From positions 2,464,001 to 2,528,000 of the forward strand of contig OY970178.1 of assembly GCA_963707915.1 (NCBI GenBank): DNA of 64,000 nt. The letters are read 5' to 3'. Under the pieces are notes generated by a model that saw nothing but the letters and a program-made list of their open reading frames with translations, was not told where the DNA came from and ran no database searches. A program made the position numbers and the translations under genes. How positions within the stretch are numbered: the first letter of the stretch is position 1; each line of letters opens with the position of its first letter. This stretch comes from Candidatus Eiseniibacteriota bacterium (lineage in GTDB: Bacteria > Eisenbacteria > RBG-16-71-46). Below are positions 38,139 through 49,892 of the stretch, one piece after another.

Positions 38139-39369
38139 ATGAGATCACGTCGTCGCCGGCCACGAGGACCACGCCCGCCCCAGCAGCCCGGGTCGGTCGC
38201 GGGTGACCCAGGTCTCCCCCAGGCTGGCGCGGAAGGCGAAGCGCCTTCCGATCCCGGCGGGCCCTCCCGTCCCGCGGGACAGCAGGGATCCGGCAATCGC
38301 CGGCGCAGCGGACGCCGCGGCGGGGGCCGGCCGCTCAGCAACGCGTCGCCCCAGCCCTACGCGAGCCCCCAGGGCGGCGCCCGCCAGCAGGGCCCGCGCC
38401 AGCGCCGTCGCGGTCGCACCGGTGGCGGTGGCGGCGGCGGGAACAACCAGCCGGCCCGGCGGCGCGGCCTCGAGTTGCTTCGCGACCTGCAGCAGGCGGG
38501 CGCGGCGCTCGATCCCGACGGAACGCTTCGTCCTCGAACTGCTGCCCGGCCAGGGCAACCCGCCGTACGGCGACCGCACCACCGGGCGCTGCATCGACAT
38601 CATCGCCCCGCTCGGCCGCGGCCAGCGCTGCCTGATCGTTTCGCCCCCGAAGGCCGGCAAGACCCGCATCCTGCAGAGCATCGCCGCCTCGATCGCGCAC
38701 AACCACCCCGAGGTGGCGATCTACGCGTTGCTCGTGGACGAACGGCCCGAGGAGGTCACCGACTTCCGCCGCAACACCCCGGCGGAGGTCATCGCCGCCT
38801 CGAGCGACATGACCATCCAGGAGCACATCGAGACCGCGGAGCGCGCCATGGAGACCGTGGCGGCCCAGGTGCTCGAAGGCAAGGACGTGGTGCTGTTGCT
38901 CGATTCGATCACCCGCCTCTCGCGCGCCTACAACAACGCCTCCGAGGGCTCGGGGCGCACGATGTCGGGCGGGCTCGACGCCACCACCATGCAGGCGCCG
39001 CGCATGATCTTCGGCGCCGCCCGCAAGATCGAGGGCAGCGGCTCGCTCACCATCGCGGGCACCGCGCTGATCGACACCGGCTCGCGCATGGACCAGGTCA
39101 TCTTCGAGGAGTTCAAGGGCACCGGGAACAGCGAGATCTACCTGTCGCGCGAGCTGGCGGAGCGCCGCATCTACCCGGCCATCGACGTCGCCAAGAGCGG
39201 CACGCGCAAGGAGGAGAAGCTCTACCCGCCCGAGATCGTCCCGCGGCTCCACATGCTGCGGCGCGGGCTCGCCGGACTGCACTCGCAGGAGGCGATGACC
39301 AAGCTGCTGGAGCTGATGAACCGCTGCAAGACCAACGCCGAGATCTTCGAGTTGCTGTCGCGGGCGTAG
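38139..39369 (+). CDS. rho: transcription termination factor Rho, short form, with apparent +1 frameshift at about 38514-38516
   Basis: ATPase core: IDIIAPLGRGQRCLIVSPPKAGKT, DERPEEVTD, LLDSITRL, FEEFKGTGN. The R/G/Q-rich N-terminus from ATG 38139 is in a different frame. Confidence 0.85.
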
Positions 39370-39445
39370 CGCGCACGCGGCACGGACGCGCGGGGACGGG
39401 GCCGGGCGGCTCCGGGCGCGCGCCGCGCGGGACCGGCGCGCCGGC

Positions 39446-40567
39446 CTACGAACCGGCCAGGGACGCGATCAGCGCCTCGACCTGATCGCATTGCCGGTGG
39501 TGCGAGAATCGTTCGGCCGCGGCGCAGGCCCGGCTGCCGTAGTCCCGGCGGAGCCGCTCGTCCCGGGCGAAGGCGGCGAGGGCCCGCGCGAGCGCGGCCG
39601 GGTCCGCCGGCGGGACCAGCAGGCCGGTGGCCCCGTCCTCGACGATCTCGGGGGTGCCGCCGCTCGCCGTGCCCACCACCGGAAGACCGGACGCCATCGC
39701 CTCGATGGTGACGAGCCCGTACGTCTCGGCGAGGCTGGTCAGCACGAAGATGTCGAGGGCGCGGTAGGCGGTCTCGACGTCCGCCCGGAAGGGCCTGAAG
39801 TGCACGCGGTCCGGCACGCCCTCCTCCGCCGCGATCCGCGCGAGCCGGTCGCCGTAGCCCTGCCGCTCGTCGCGCGTGTCCTCCCCGACCAGCAGCGCGT
39901 GGAGGTCGAGCCCCTCCCGCCGCAGGAGCGCCACCGCGCGGACCAGGTGCTCCTGCCCCTTCCCCCGGTCGTACCGGCCGACCGTCCCCGCCACCAGGAC
40001 CGACGGCGGCAGGCCGAGCGTCTCGCGCGCCTGTTCCCGGCTCCGGGCGCGGTCGCGGAAGCGCCCAAGATCGACGCCGTGCGGGATGACCCGGATCCGG
40101 CGTTCGTCCAGCGTGGTCCGCTCGCGGACCTGTCGTGCCAGCCATGGCAGCGGGGCGACCCAGGCGTCGATGGTGCGCTGTTCGATCCGGTGGAAGACGT
40201 CGCGCTTCGAGACGCCGAGCTGCATGTGCTGGAAGTGGACGAGGGCGAATCGCGCCCCGGTGAGCCGGGCGAGGGCCGCGGCGCGCAGGTCCCGCGACCC
40301 GTTCGTCAGGACGGCGACGCTGCGATCCTCGCGCACGGAACGTCGCACCTCCGCCACCGCCGCGGCGAGGGACCCGCGGCGGATGCCCCGGCCCGGCAGC
40401 CGCCGTTCCGCGCCGCGCCGGAGGAAGGGCGCGTCCCGCGCGCCCAGCAGCGTGCACGCATGGCCCCGGTCCCGCATCCACGAGGCGAGGTCGAGCGCGG
40501 CGAGCTCGGCGCCGCCGAGCGCCGTCGAGGTGCAGAGGATCGAGAGCCGGAGTGCCCCGTCGGTCAT
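39446..40567 (-). CDS. glycosyltransferase family 4
   Basis: GGAE, VGRYDRGKGQ, ETYGLVTIEAMASG. Confidence 0.92.
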   Translation of the reverse strand: MTDGALRLSILCTSTALGGAELAALDLASWMRDRGHACTLLGARDAPFLRRGAERRLPGRGIRRGSLAAAVAEVRRSVREDRSVAVLTNGSRDLRAAALARLTGARFALVHFQHMQLGVSKRDVFHRIEQRTIDAWVAPLPWLARQVRERTTLDERRIRVIPHGVDLGRFRDRARSREQARETLGLPPSVLVAGTVGRYDRGKGQEHLVRAVALLRREGLDLHALLVGEDTRDERQGYGDRLARIAAEEGVPDRVHFRPFRADVETAYRALDIFVLTSLAETYGLVTIEAMASGLPVVGTASGGTPEIVEDGATGLLVPPADPAALARALAAFARDERLRRDYGSRACAAAERFSHHRQCDQVEALIASLAGS

Positions 40568-40785
40568 TCCGGCACGTTGCGCAATGCGCCCGGGCGCGTC
40601 AAGCGCCGGTCCCGCGGCGCCCGGCGGTTCCCGGGGCCGCGACGGGCGCCGTCGACGGAGCGCGGCGCCCGCCGGTCCGGGCCGGGCGCGGCGCGGACGC
40701 TTGAACGGCCGTCCGCGGGTGGGCTAGGCTCGCGCCGGCACCGTGAGAGGAAGTCCCTGTCGGTCATCCGTGAACCGGGAGCGTG

Positions 40786-41793
40786 ATGCAGAGTTCCGAT
40801 CGGGAACCGGGGACCGGCCCCGCGACCGAACGAGTCGCCGCGGTGGTGCTCAACTGGAACGGCTGGCGCGACACGGTCGCCTGCCTCGAGTCTCTCCGGA
40901 GCCTGGACGAGGTTCCGCGCGTCGTCGTGGTCGACAACGGCTCGACCGACGACTCCCTCGACCGGATCCGCGCGGCGGCGCCCTGGGCCCGGCTCGTCGC
41001 GCTCCTGACGAACCGGGGCTTTAGCGGCGGCATGAACGCCGGCATCTCCGCCGCGCTGCGCGAGAAGCCCCCGGTGGACTACGTCTGGGTGCTGAACAAC
41101 GACACCCTCGCCGAGCCCGCGACCCTCGGGCGCATGGTGGCGCTCGCCGATTCCGACCCCCGGATCGGGATCGTGGGAGGGCGCCTGGTGGAGGCCGACG
41201 GCTCGGGCCGGGTCCAGGCGCTGGGCGGCGGGGACGTCCATCCCTGGATCGGGACGACGTCGCTCCGCGTGACGGCATCGCAGCGGGCGTACGACCACCT
41301 GGCCGGAGCGAGCCTCCTGGTGCGACGGGCGGTCCTCCACCGCGTCGGGGGCTTCGACGAGCGCTACTTCTTCTACCTGGAGGACATCGACCTGAGCCTC
41401 CGGGCGCGCCGGGCGGGCTGGCGGCTCGCGGTCGCCCACGACGCGACGATCGTCCATCGGCTCGGCGCGTCGGTCGGAGACGGCCCGGGACTGCGAGGGC
41501 TCCGCTCCGACCTGTTCTTCGCGCGCAGCTCGGGCATCTTCGTGGCGGGCCTGGACCTGCCCTGGCGGATCACCGCCGTCCCGCTGCGCCTGGCGGGCAT
41601 GCTGGTCAACCGGCTCGCCCGGGCGCAGGCCGACCGCCTCGTACCGATGACGCGGGCCTACCTCGAGGGGCTGAGCATCGGCCGCCTGCGCCCGGAGATC
41701 CCGCACTTCGGCATCGAGGAATCCCGCAGACCCGCGCGACCGGACCGGACCGCGCCGGTCGAGATCGACGCCGCGAGGACCCGCCAGGCCTGA
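40786..41793 (+). CDS. glycosyltransferase family 2
   Basis: VLNWNG, VVDNGSTD, NRGFSGGMN, LNND, GFDERYFFYLEDID. Confidence 0.92.
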   Translation: MQSSDREPGTGPATERVAAVVLNWNGWRDTVACLESLRSLDEVPRVVVVDNGSTDDSLDRIRAAAPWARLVALLTNRGFSGGMNAGISAALREKPPVDYVWVLNNDTLAEPATLGRMVALADSDPRIGIVGGRLVEADGSGRVQALGGGDVHPWIGTTSLRVTASQRAYDHLAGASLLVRRAVLHRVGGFDERYFFYLEDIDLSLRARRAGWRLAVAHDATIVHRLGASVGDGPGLRGLRSDLFFARSSGIFVAGLDLPWRITAVPLRLAGMLVNRLARAQADRLVPMTRAYLEGLSIGRLRPEIPHFGIEESRRPARPDRTAPVEIDAARTRQA

Positions 41794-41806
41794 CCGGGAC
41801 CGCCCT

Positions 41807-43026
<1,220 letters not shown>

Positions 43027-43027
<1 letters not shown>

Positions 43028-43821
43028 CACAGCTCGTCCACCATCTCGCCGGAGCGCTTGCGGAAGAGACGCCAGCTGAAGAAGCAGACGACGACGGCCA
43101 GCAGCGAGACCGGAAGCAGCGAGACCCAGTCCGGCCACTGCTTCGAGACCAGGATCGCCTGGCAGGCCATGATGATCGCCGCCATCGGATTGAAGACGAG
43201 CAGCCCGCGCGCGAAGCCCGGGAGGATCGAGGCCGGGTACACGACGGGCGTGAACCAGAACCAGAACTGCAGGACGATGCCGAACAGCAGCCCCACGTCC
43301 CGGAAGAACACGTTCAGCACGCCCAGGATGACGCCCAGCCCGATCGAGAACGCGATCAGGACCGCGAGCACCGGGAGCAGCGCCAGGTAGCTCCAGCCCG
43401 GGAAGTTCCCGGTGACGACGAGGAACCCGGAGAAGAGGCCGAAGACGATGGCGAAGTTGAGCAGCGCGTTGAGGACGGTGACGATCGGCAGGCAGAGGCG
43501 CGGGAAGCGGAGCTTCTTCAGCAGGTTCGCGTGTTCGAGGAACACCGACTGCGACCGGGTCACGATCTCGGTGAAGAGCCCCCAGCTCAGCAACCCGGCG
43601 CACACGTAGATGCTGTACGCGAAGCTTCCCTCCGCCCCGGGCAGCTTCGCCCGCATGACCTTCGAGAAGATCACGGTGTAGACGAAGATCATGGCCAGCG
43701 GATTGATCACGGTCCAGGCGGCGCCCAGCATGGAGTTCCGGTACTTCAGCTGGAACTCCCGCTTGACGCTGCCCAGGACGAACTCCCGGTACGTCCAGAT
43801 GCTTCTCAGCGTCCCGATCAT
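43027..43821 (-). CDS. wzm: polysaccharide ABC transporter permease
   Basis: KREFQLKYRNSMLGAAW..INPL, NVFFRDV, FWFTPVVY, NPM. Start at ATG 43821 or GTG 43827. Confidence 0.92.
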
Positions 43822-44250
43822 GGTCACCCGGGCGGGCGGGGCCCGCCCCGCGTCGTGGAGGAGAACAGGCGATCAGCGCACTGCACCCTACCGCATCGCG
43901 CAGCCGGCTGACCACCTCGCGCCGCGACCGCGACGCGCTCGCGCTTGAGGTTCCGCGGGCCCTGCCCCATACTGCGTTTCGCAACGATCTGCGGCGTGAG
44001 GGCGCCTCCCCCGCGTGGTCTGGCGAGAACCTCTCGAGTCCCCCCTCGCGCGCCCGACACGGACACCGAGCCATCACCCTGTCACCACGAGCCCTTGTCG
44101 CCCGGGAAGCGTAGCGAGACAATCACCCGGTTCCGCGTCCGTCCCGTCGACCCCGCGCCTTCACGCGAGAAGTCACGTCCGGGAGGGACGAGGACGCCTC
44201 ACCCGGTCGAACCGACGCCAGGCGCTCCGATGGTCCAGAGGAGCCAGAAG

Positions 44251-44547
44251 ATGCCGTTCAGGACTCTCTTCACGCACATCCCGGGGGCGATCTTCCGTCG
44301 AAGGCTGTTTCGATTCCTCAACCATCCCGCGCTCCGGCGGCGCGGGCCCGCGCTCCTGCGCCGCCTGGGCCTCTACCCCTTCGCCCGCACCCTCTACTGG
44401 AGGTTCTTCTCGGCGGACGGCAGGACCGGCGGGCGCAGCCCCTTCGACTCCTTCTCCACCGACGCCTCCACCCTCACGCCGCGCACTCGCCAGGTGCTCG
44501 CCGCCCTCAAGGCCGCCACCGATCACGCCCGGAAGGCCAGCCGCTGA
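44251..44547 (+). CDS. small basic protein, possible C-terminal remnant of an O-antigen methyltransferase
   Basis: GAGGAG RBS; ends LTPRTRQVLAALKAA; TGATG overlap with the next gene. Confidence 0.5.
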   Translation: MPFRTLFTHIPGAIFRRRLFRFLNHPALRRRGPALLRRLGLYPFARTLYWRFFSADGRTGGRSPFDSFSTDASTLTPRTRQVLAALKAATDHARKASR

Positions 44548-47500
44548 TGCGTGTCGTCATCGACATGCAGGGGGCACAGACCACCGGAAGCCGCGACCGG
44601 GGCATCGGCCGCTACTCCCTCGCCCTCGGCCGGGAGCTGTGCCGCCAGCGGGGTGGGCGCGAGGTCGTGCTGGTCCTGAACGGGATGTTCCCCGAGGCGG
44701 TCGACGCGCTCCGGGCGGCCTTCGCCGACCTGGTGCCCGACGAGGCGATCTCGGTGTGGGACGGCGCGGGCCCGGTCCGCGCGCGCGACGCCTCCGGCGC
44801 CTCGCGCCGCCGGGCGGCGGAACTGTCGCGGGAGGCGTTCCTCGGGAGCCTTCGGCCCGACATCGTCCTCGACACCTCGATCATCGAGGGCTTCGCCGAC
44901 GACGCCGTGACGAGCATCGGGCGCTTCCCCGGCCGATGGCCCACGGCCGCCGTGCTGTACGACCTCATCCCGCTCATCCACCGCGACCTCTACCTGGCGG
45001 ACCCGGTCGTCGAGGGCTGGTACCTCGAGAAGCTCGGACACCTGCGCCGGGCCGACCTGCTGCTCTCGATCTCGGAGTCGTCCGGAAGGGCGGCCGTCGA
45101 CCTCCTCGGGTTCCCGCCCGGGAACGTGGTGAACATCTCCACCGCGTGCGATCGCCGCTTCCGGCCGGTCCCGGTGGACGACGCCGCCCGGGCCCGGCTG
45201 CGCGACGCTCACGGGTTGCGGCGGCCCTTCCTCCTCTACACCGGCGGCATCGACCATCGGAAGAACATCGAGCGACTGGTCCGTGCCTACGCCGCCATCC
45301 CCGCGACGCTCCGGGCCGCGCACCAACTGGCGGTGGTGTGCGCGGTGCAGCCCGCCGAGCGGCTACGTCTCGCGCAGCTCGGTCGGGACGCGGGCCTCGA
45401 GGACGGCGAACTGGCGCTCACCGGCTACGTCCCGGACGACGACCTGGTCCTGCTCTACAACGCGTGCAAGCTGTTCGTCTTCCCGTCGTGGCACGAAGGC
45501 TTCGGCCTGCCGGCCCTCGAGGCCATGGCCTGCGGGCGCGCGGTGATCGGCTCGGACACGTCGAGCATCCCCGAGGTGATCGGCCGAGCCGACGCCCTCT
45601 TCGACCCGCGGGACGAAGCCGCCATCACGCGCAAGCTGGTCGAGACGCTGACCGACGACGGACTGCGCGCCGAGCTCGAGCGCTACGGCCTGGAGCGCGC
45701 CAAGGCGTTCTCCTGGGACGCGACCGCGCGACGGGCGTGGCAGGCGCTCGAGGGCTTCCTCCCGGGACGGGCGCCGGCCGCGGGGCGCCGCGTGCCCGTG
45801 GCCGCCGCGAGCCGCCCGCGTCTCGCCTACCTCTCCCCGCTGCCCCCGGCGCGGAGCGGCATCGCCGACTACAGCGCGGAGCTGCTGCCCCACCTCGCCC
45901 GGCACTACGACATCGAGGTCGTCGTCGCGCAGGACGAACGACCGGACGACTCGGTCGTCGCCAACCACCCGGTCCGCGACGTCGGGTGGTTCCGCGCCAA
46001 CGGCAGGTCGTTCGATCGCGTCCTGTACCACGTGGGCAACTCGCCGTTCCACGGCCACATGTTCCGCCTGATGCGCGACATCCCCGGCGTGGTCGTCCTG
46101 CACGACTTCTTCCTTTCCCACGTCGTCAGGGCCCTGGACCGGCCCGGCGGAAATCCGCACGGCTGGCCTCGCGCTCTCCTGCACGCGCATGGCTGGCCGG
46201 CGGTGCGGGCGCGCTTCGACTCGCGGGACGGCGCGGACGCGCTCTGGGGATTCCCCTGCAACCTCGAGGTGCTCCAGCACGCGCAGGGCGTGATCGTCCA
46301 CTCGGAGCACTCGTGCCGGCTGGCCCGCACATGGTACGGACCGGGTGCCGCGGACGACTGGGCGGTGATCCCCCTGCTGCGCGTCCCGGCGGCGGAACCC
46401 GACCGCGTCGCGGCGCGGCGCGCGCTGGGTGCCGGCGAGGACGAGTTCCGGGTCTGCAGCTTCGGGATGCTCGGCCCCGCCAAGCTCAATCACCGGCTGC
46501 TGTCGGCGTGGCTGGCGTCGCCGCTGGCGCAGGATCCACGCTGCCGCCTGGTGTTCGTCGGCGAGGGTCACGCCGGTGACTACGGGGCGGGGTTCGCCGC
46601 GGCGGTGCGGGCGAGCGGCCTGCAGGACCGCATCTCGGTCACCGGGTGGGTGGACCCGGCGGCCTTCCGGAGCCATCTCGCCGCGGCGGACGTCGCCGTG
46701 CAACTTCGCACCGATTCCCGCGGCGAGACTTCCAGCGCGGTGCTGGACTGCATGAACCACGCGCTGGCCACGATCGTCAACGCACACGGCGCGCTGGCGG
46801 CCCTGCCCGACGACGCGGTGGCGCGGCTGCCCGACGACTTCTCCGGGGCCGAGTTGGCCGGCGCGCTGGCCGCGCTCTGGCGCGACGCCGATCGGCGGCG
46901 CGCCCTCGGGCGGCGCGCCGCCGAGTGGATCCGGGCCGAGCACCAGCCGCACCGTTGCGCCGAGCAGTACGCGGAGGCCATCGAGCGCGGTCGGGCCGGG
47001 ATGGCGGCGGGGCTCCCGGGCGTGGTCGGCGCCATCGCGAAGATCGAGCCGCCCCTGCGCGCGCGGGACAGCCTGCACGTCGCCCACTCGCTCGCGAACG
47101 ACTTCCCGCCGCGGCCCCGGCGCAGGCAGGTGTTCCTCGACGTGTCCATCCTCGCCCAGCACGACGCGAGGAGCGGCATCCAGCGCACTGTCCGCGCGCT
47201 GGTGAGACAGCTCCTGCTCGACCCGCCCGCGGGGTGGGCGGTCGAGCCGGTGCTCGCCACCGCGGACGAACGCGGCTTCCGCTACGCCCGTCGCTTCACC
47301 TGCCGCTTCCTCGACATGCCGGACGACTGGGCCGAGGACGAGCCCATCGACGCGTGGCCGGGCGACGTGTTCGTCGGGCTCGACCTGCAGCACATCGTCG
47401 TCGCCTCCCAGAAGGACTACCTGCTGGCGTTGCGCCGCCGGGGCATCCGGGTCTGGTTCGTGGTCTACGACCTCCTGCCGGTACTGCTGCCGCAGGTGTT

Positions 47501-48293
47501 CGCCGAGCACGTCCACGCGATGCACCAGTCGTGGCTCGAGACGATCAGCCATTTCGACGGGGCGGTGTGCATCTCCCGGGCGGTGGCCACCGAGCTGGCG
47601 GACTGGCAGCGGACCCACGCGCCGCATCGCCTCCGCCCGTTCCGGGTCGAGTCGTTCCACCTCGGGGCCGACATCGAGAACTCGGTCCCCACGCTCGGCC
47701 TGCGTGACGACGTCGACCACGTGCTCCGCGCGCTGACGCGCCGCCCGGCGTTCCTGATGGTCGGCACCATCGAGCCGCGGAAGTGCCAGGCGCAGGCGCT
47801 GGCCGCCCTCGAGCTCCTGTGGGGCGAGGGGCTGGACGCCAACCTGGTGATCGTCGGCAACGAGGGCTGGATGGCGGAGTCGCTGATGGAGCGCCTGCGC
47901 CGGCACCCCGAGCTGGGCCGGCGGCTGTTCTGGCTCGAGGGCATCAGCGACGAGTACCTGGGAAGGGTCTACGCCGCGAGCAGTTGCCTGATCTGCGCCT
48001 CGCTGGGAGAGGGTTTCGGGCTGCCGCTGATCGAAGCCGCGCAGCACCGGCTGCCGATCATGGCCCGGGACATCCCGGTGTTCCGCGAGGTGGCCGGGGA
48101 GCACGCCTTCTACTTCAGCGGGCTGGAGCCGCGGGCGCTGGCCGACGCCATCCGGGAGTGGGTCGAGCTCTACCGGCAGGGTCGCATCCCGCGGTCGGAC
48201 GACCTGCCATGGCTCACGTGGAAGCAAAGCGCCGAACAGTTGACGCAGGTCCTGCTGGGTGATCCGGGCGGCCCGTCCGGACCGCTCGCGTAG
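44547..48293 (+). CDS. multidomain GT4 glycosyltransferase (three GT-B modules, WbdA-like)
   Basis: RGIGRYS...HEGFGLPALEAM; SPLPPARSGIADYS...RGETS; SGIQRTV...GEGFGLPLIEAA. Confidence 0.9.
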   Translation: MRVVIDMQGAQTTGSRDRGIGRYSLALGRELCRQRGGREVVLVLNGMFPEAVDALRAAFADLVPDEAISVWDGAGPVRARDASGASRRRAAELSREAFLGSLRPDIVLDTSIIEGFADDAVTSIGRFPGRWPTAAVLYDLIPLIHRDLYLADPVVEGWYLEKLGHLRRADLLLSISESSGRAAVDLLGFPPGNVVNISTACDRRFRPVPVDDAARARLRDAHGLRRPFLLYTGGIDHRKNIERLVRAYAAIPATLRAAHQLAVVCAVQPAERLRLAQLGRDAGLEDGELALTGYVPDDDLVLLYNACKLFVFPSWHEGFGLPALEAMACGRAVIGSDTSSIPEVIGRADALFDPRDEAAITRKLVETLTDDGLRAELERYGLERAKAFSWDATARRAWQALEGFLPGRAPAAGRRVPVAAASRPRLAYLSPLPPARSGIADYSAELLPHLARHYDIEVVVAQDERPDDSVVANHPVRDVGWFRANGRSFDRVLYHVGNSPFHGHMFRLMRDIPGVVVLHDFFLSHVVRALDRPGGNPHGWPRALLHAHGWPAVRARFDSRDGADALWGFPCNLEVLQHAQGVIVHSEHSCRLARTWYGPGAADDWAVIPLLRVPAAEPDRVAARRALGAGEDEFRVCSFGMLGPAKLNHRLLSAWLASPLAQDPRCRLVFVGEGHAGDYGAGFAAAVRASGLQDRISVTGWVDPAAFRSHLAAADVAVQLRTDSRGETSSAVLDCMNHALATIVNAHGALAALPDDAVARLPDDFSGAELAGALAALWRDADRRRALGRRAAEWIRAEHQPHRCAEQYAEAIERGRAGMAAGLPGVVGAIAKIEPPLRARDSLHVAHSLANDFPPRPRRRQVFLDVSILAQHDARSGIQRTVRALVRQLLLDPPAGWAVEPVLATADERGFRYARRFTCRFLDMPDDWAEDEPIDAWPGDVFVGLDLQHIVVASQKDYLLALRRRGIRVWFVVYDLLPVLLPQVFAEHVHAMHQSWLETISHFDGAVCISRAVATELADWQRTHAPHRLRPFRVESFHLGADIENSVPTLGLRDDVDHVLRALTRRPAFLMVGTIEPRKCQAQALAALELLWGEGLDANLVIVGNEGWMAESLMERLRRHPELGRRLFWLEGISDEYLGRVYAASSCLICASLGEGFGLPLIEAAQHRLPIMARDIPVFREVAGEHAFYFSGLEPRALADAIREWVELYRQGRIPRSDDLPWLTWKQSAEQLTQVLLGDPGGPSGPLA

Positions 48294-48316
48294 CAGGTCC
48301 TTCCTCCGGGGGACGG

Positions 48317-49423
48317 GTGGCCAAGGGATTCGAGAAGATCGGCAAGCGCACGCTCGCGCGCTTCATCTCGCTGTTCCTGTCGAGACGGCGCCTGACGGCC
48401 GCGGAGTTCGGCCGCGTGGAAGTGTCGCGGCTGCTCGTCATCCGGCAGCACCACCAGATGGGAGACATGCTCCTGGCCGTTCCCGCGTACCGGGGGCTGC
48501 GGGCGCGCTTCCCCGGCGCGCGGATCGAACTCCTGGCCTCGCGGATCAACGCCGAGTGCGTGCGGGGCAACCCGTACATCGACGAGGTGCTCGTCCTTCC
48601 GCGGAAGAAGGGCCCGGGCGGCCTGCTGGACCTGGTGCGGTTCATCGCGGACCTCCGGCGCCGCCGCTTCGACGCCGCGATCGTCCTCAACACCGTCTCC
48701 TTCTCGGTGACGAGCATGCTGCTGGCCGTCGCGAGCGGCGCACGGCTGCGCGCCGGCTCCACCAGCCGGCCGTTCGGTCACGACCTGACCTCGCGCTTCT
48801 ACCACCTCGAGCTGCCGCTGCCGTCGCCCGGGGAGCTCGCCGCGATGCACGAGAGCGCGCACAACCTCTACCCGCTCGCGGCGATCGGCGTGCAGGTGAC
48901 GGACCTGACCTCCGCGTTCGTGCCGGCGGCGGCGGACGAGCAGGAGTGCGAGCGGTTCCTCGCCGCCTCGTTCGGCGCGGGCGGACGATTCATCGTCGTC
49001 CACCCGGGAGCGGGCAAGCCGCGGAACGTGTGGCCGGGGAGCCGGTTCGCGGCGGCGGCGCGGACCCTCGCCGGGGCCCTCGGGTGCGGGGTGGTGGCGA
49101 CGGCGGGGCCCGCCGACGCGGCGACGCTCGAGGCGTTCCTCGCGGCGTGCGTCGAGCCCCCGTTCGTCCGCTCGTCCGTGTCCCTGGGGTTTCTCGGCGC
49201 CCTGCTGCGACGCTCGACCCTCACGCTCTGCAACGACACCGGCGTCATGCACATCGCGGGCGCGGTCGGCGCGAGATGCGTCGCCGTGTTCGGACCGACC
49301 GATCCGGCGCGGTGGAAGCCGGTCAACCGGGCGGTCGTCGCGGTGCAGGGCGAGGACGGCAGCGTCGACTCGGTGAGTGTCGAGCGGGTGGTCGCCGCCG
49401 CGCGGGCGCTCCTCGACGGCTGA
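48317..49423 (+). CDS. glycosyltransferase family 9 (heptosyltransferase-like)
   Basis: QMGDMLL, HPGAG...W, CNDTGVMHIA, FGPTDP..W. Confidence 0.9.
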   Translation: MAKGFEKIGKRTLARFISLFLSRRRLTAAEFGRVEVSRLLVIRQHHQMGDMLLAVPAYRGLRARFPGARIELLASRINAECVRGNPYIDEVLVLPRKKGPGGLLDLVRFIADLRRRRFDAAIVLNTVSFSVTSMLLAVASGARLRAGSTSRPFGHDLTSRFYHLELPLPSPGELAAMHESAHNLYPLAAIGVQVTDLTSAFVPAAADEQECERFLAASFGAGGRFIVVHPGAGKPRNVWPGSRFAAAARTLAGALGCGVVATAGPADAATLEAFLAACVEPPFVRSSVSLGFLGALLRRSTLTLCNDTGVMHIAGAVGARCVAVFGPTDPARWKPVNRAVVAVQGEDGSVDSVSVERVVAAARALLDG

Positions 49424-49656
49424 AGCGGCGGACGCGTGCGACCGCCGGGCACGCATCCCGGTGCGCCGCGGCGCGCGTCCGCGCCGCGCGCGGGCGTGGA
49501 CACCGGGGCGCGATCCGGGGCCGCTCCGCCAGCCCGCCGGGACCGCGGTTTGGCAGGCCTAACCGCGCGATGGTCCTTTCGGCGTGGTCCTTTTGGACCC
49601 CGATTCGTTTTCAATTCCTTGACGCACAAGGGACCGGGCGGGTGTACTTTGGTCTC

Positions 49657-49818
49657 GCAGCAGGATCCTCCTCGAATCCTTTTCGCGGAGGCGCCATCAG
49701 AACGGACAGGTTTGGGAGACGGTGTTCGAAGACCCTTGGGTGCGGCCCCCGAGACTTTGGATGCCTCTCCCGTTTTAACCGCCCCGCTCGCCCCACGGTG
49801 AGCGGGGCGGTTCGTTTC
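49657..49818 (+). ncRNA. candidate structured sRNA
   Basis: Three consecutive hairpins, the last terminator-like, in an AT-enriched intergenic region between convergent genes. Confidence 0.45.
49777..49818 (+). terminator. intrinsic terminator
   Basis: AACCGCCCCGCTC...GAGCGGGGCGGTT followed by CGTTT. Confidence 0.65.
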
Positions 49819-49892
49819 CGGGCGCCCGCCCCGCAAAGCGGACCGCCACCCCGGGGCATCCGGAGTGGCGGCGTCGTCGCGGCCGGGGCGCG

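Noticed and set aside
38203..38511. GTG-started in-frame N-terminus for Rho
   Set aside because: No good RBS and atypical codon usage. The alternative frame from ATG 38139 gives a more Rho-like low-complexity tail and restores the junction motif.
43884..43895. ops/JUMPStart-like GCGGTAGGGTG upstream of wzm (minus strand)
   Set aside because: Only a partial match, without the rest of JUMPStart; plausible by chance in GC-rich DNA.
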